Shown here one piece after another: positions 63,458-64,000 of a stretch of 64,000 nucleotides of DNA (position 1 is the stretch's first letter; each line of letters begins with the position of its first letter). Source of the stretch: Synechococcus sp. (GTDB taxonomy: Bacteria > Cyanobacteriota > Cyanobacteriia > Thermostichales > PCC-7336). Both the position numbers and the translations under genes were made by a program. The notes below the pieces were generated by a model. It had not been told where the DNA came from and made no database searches. It saw only the letters and a program-made list of their open reading frames with translations. The stretch spans positions 128,001 to 192,000 of the forward strand of contig JBFRWN010000017.1 in assembly GCA_051439605.1 (NCBI GenBank). Direction: 5' to 3'.

Positions 63458-64000
63458 ATGATTCGCATCCTGATAATCGATGACCTGAAAACCGTCCGCC
63501 AGATGCTGCGGATGTTTGTGGAAGGTCAGCCGGACATGGAGGTAGTCGGAACGGCTGCAGATGGAGATTCGGGGCTAGAGCAGATTGCCGAATTACAGCC
63601 CGATGTGGCCCTTGTTGATCTAGAGATGCCCGGGAAAAATGGCCTGGAGGTTGTCCGTATAGCTGGGCAAAACTACCCCAACACCAATATCCTAGTGCTC
63701 ACCACCATGGATGGAGTTGAAGTTGTCTCCCAGGCATTGCAGGCAGGAGCAAAAGGATATTTATTAAAAACGGCTTCTGAGGAAGATTTGCTCAGCGCCA
63801 TTCGCTCCGTTCACAAAGGCTTCGTCCAGCTCAGTCCTGGAATGCTAGAGCGCTTAGTGGATGCAGGGAACTCAGGCGGTGAGGCTTCCATGAGTAGCGA
63901 CTTAGCGATCGCCGCCGCCGATGATGTAACAGCGTTAGCCGAGAAATCTCCCACACAACAAAACCTTTATCGTTTCGACCAGCCTGTAGTTCTCCGCCAG
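63458..64000 (+). CDS. NarL-type receiver domain protein, probably fused to HlyD (truncated by window end)
   Basis: Hand translation MIRILIIDD..ALVDLEMPGKNG..VLTT..GAKGYLLK..QNLYRFDQPVVLRQ, open to 64000; GAGG RBS. Confidence 0.8.
   Translation, partial: MIRILIIDDLKTVRQMLRMFVEGQPDMEVVGTAADGDSGLEQIAELQPDVALVDLEMPGKNGLEVVRIAGQNYPNTNILVLTTMDGVEVVSQALQAGAKGYLLKTASEEDLLSAIRSVHKGFVQLSPGMLERLVDAGNSGGEASMSSDLAIAAADDVTALAEKSPTQQNLYRFDQPVVLRQ

Overview
Gene-dense chromosomal window from a cyanobacterium. Evidence: frequent HIP1 GCGATCGC octamers, apcD, hli, petH, ycf23, DUF3747 and an MPBQ methyltransferase. A short-form-only FNR and a full-length Lon suggest an early-branching lineage (inference). 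Most content is housekeeping: serA, tkt, lon, ftsH, msrB, frameshifted prfB, tyrA, galE, acsA, petH, apcD, pilT and tRNA-Ala(GGC). I found no transposase, integrase, prophage or CRISPR array. Most notable: (1) a compact cmoB / cmoA-like / trhO cluster covering every step of wobble-uridine hydroxylation and carboxymethylation, with an apparently altered CmoA active site; (2) a tandemly triplicated receiver + DUF5678/HicB-like module spread over two genes; (3) a receiver-HlyD fusion in a type I secretion locus; (4) a sensor-less REC / REC-HK / REC-GGDEF operon; (5) a perfect HLR1 box before an ftsH4-like gene and a weaker one before hli. Five coding regions missed by the ORF track were read by hand. 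All family assignments come from motif recognition, not database searches.
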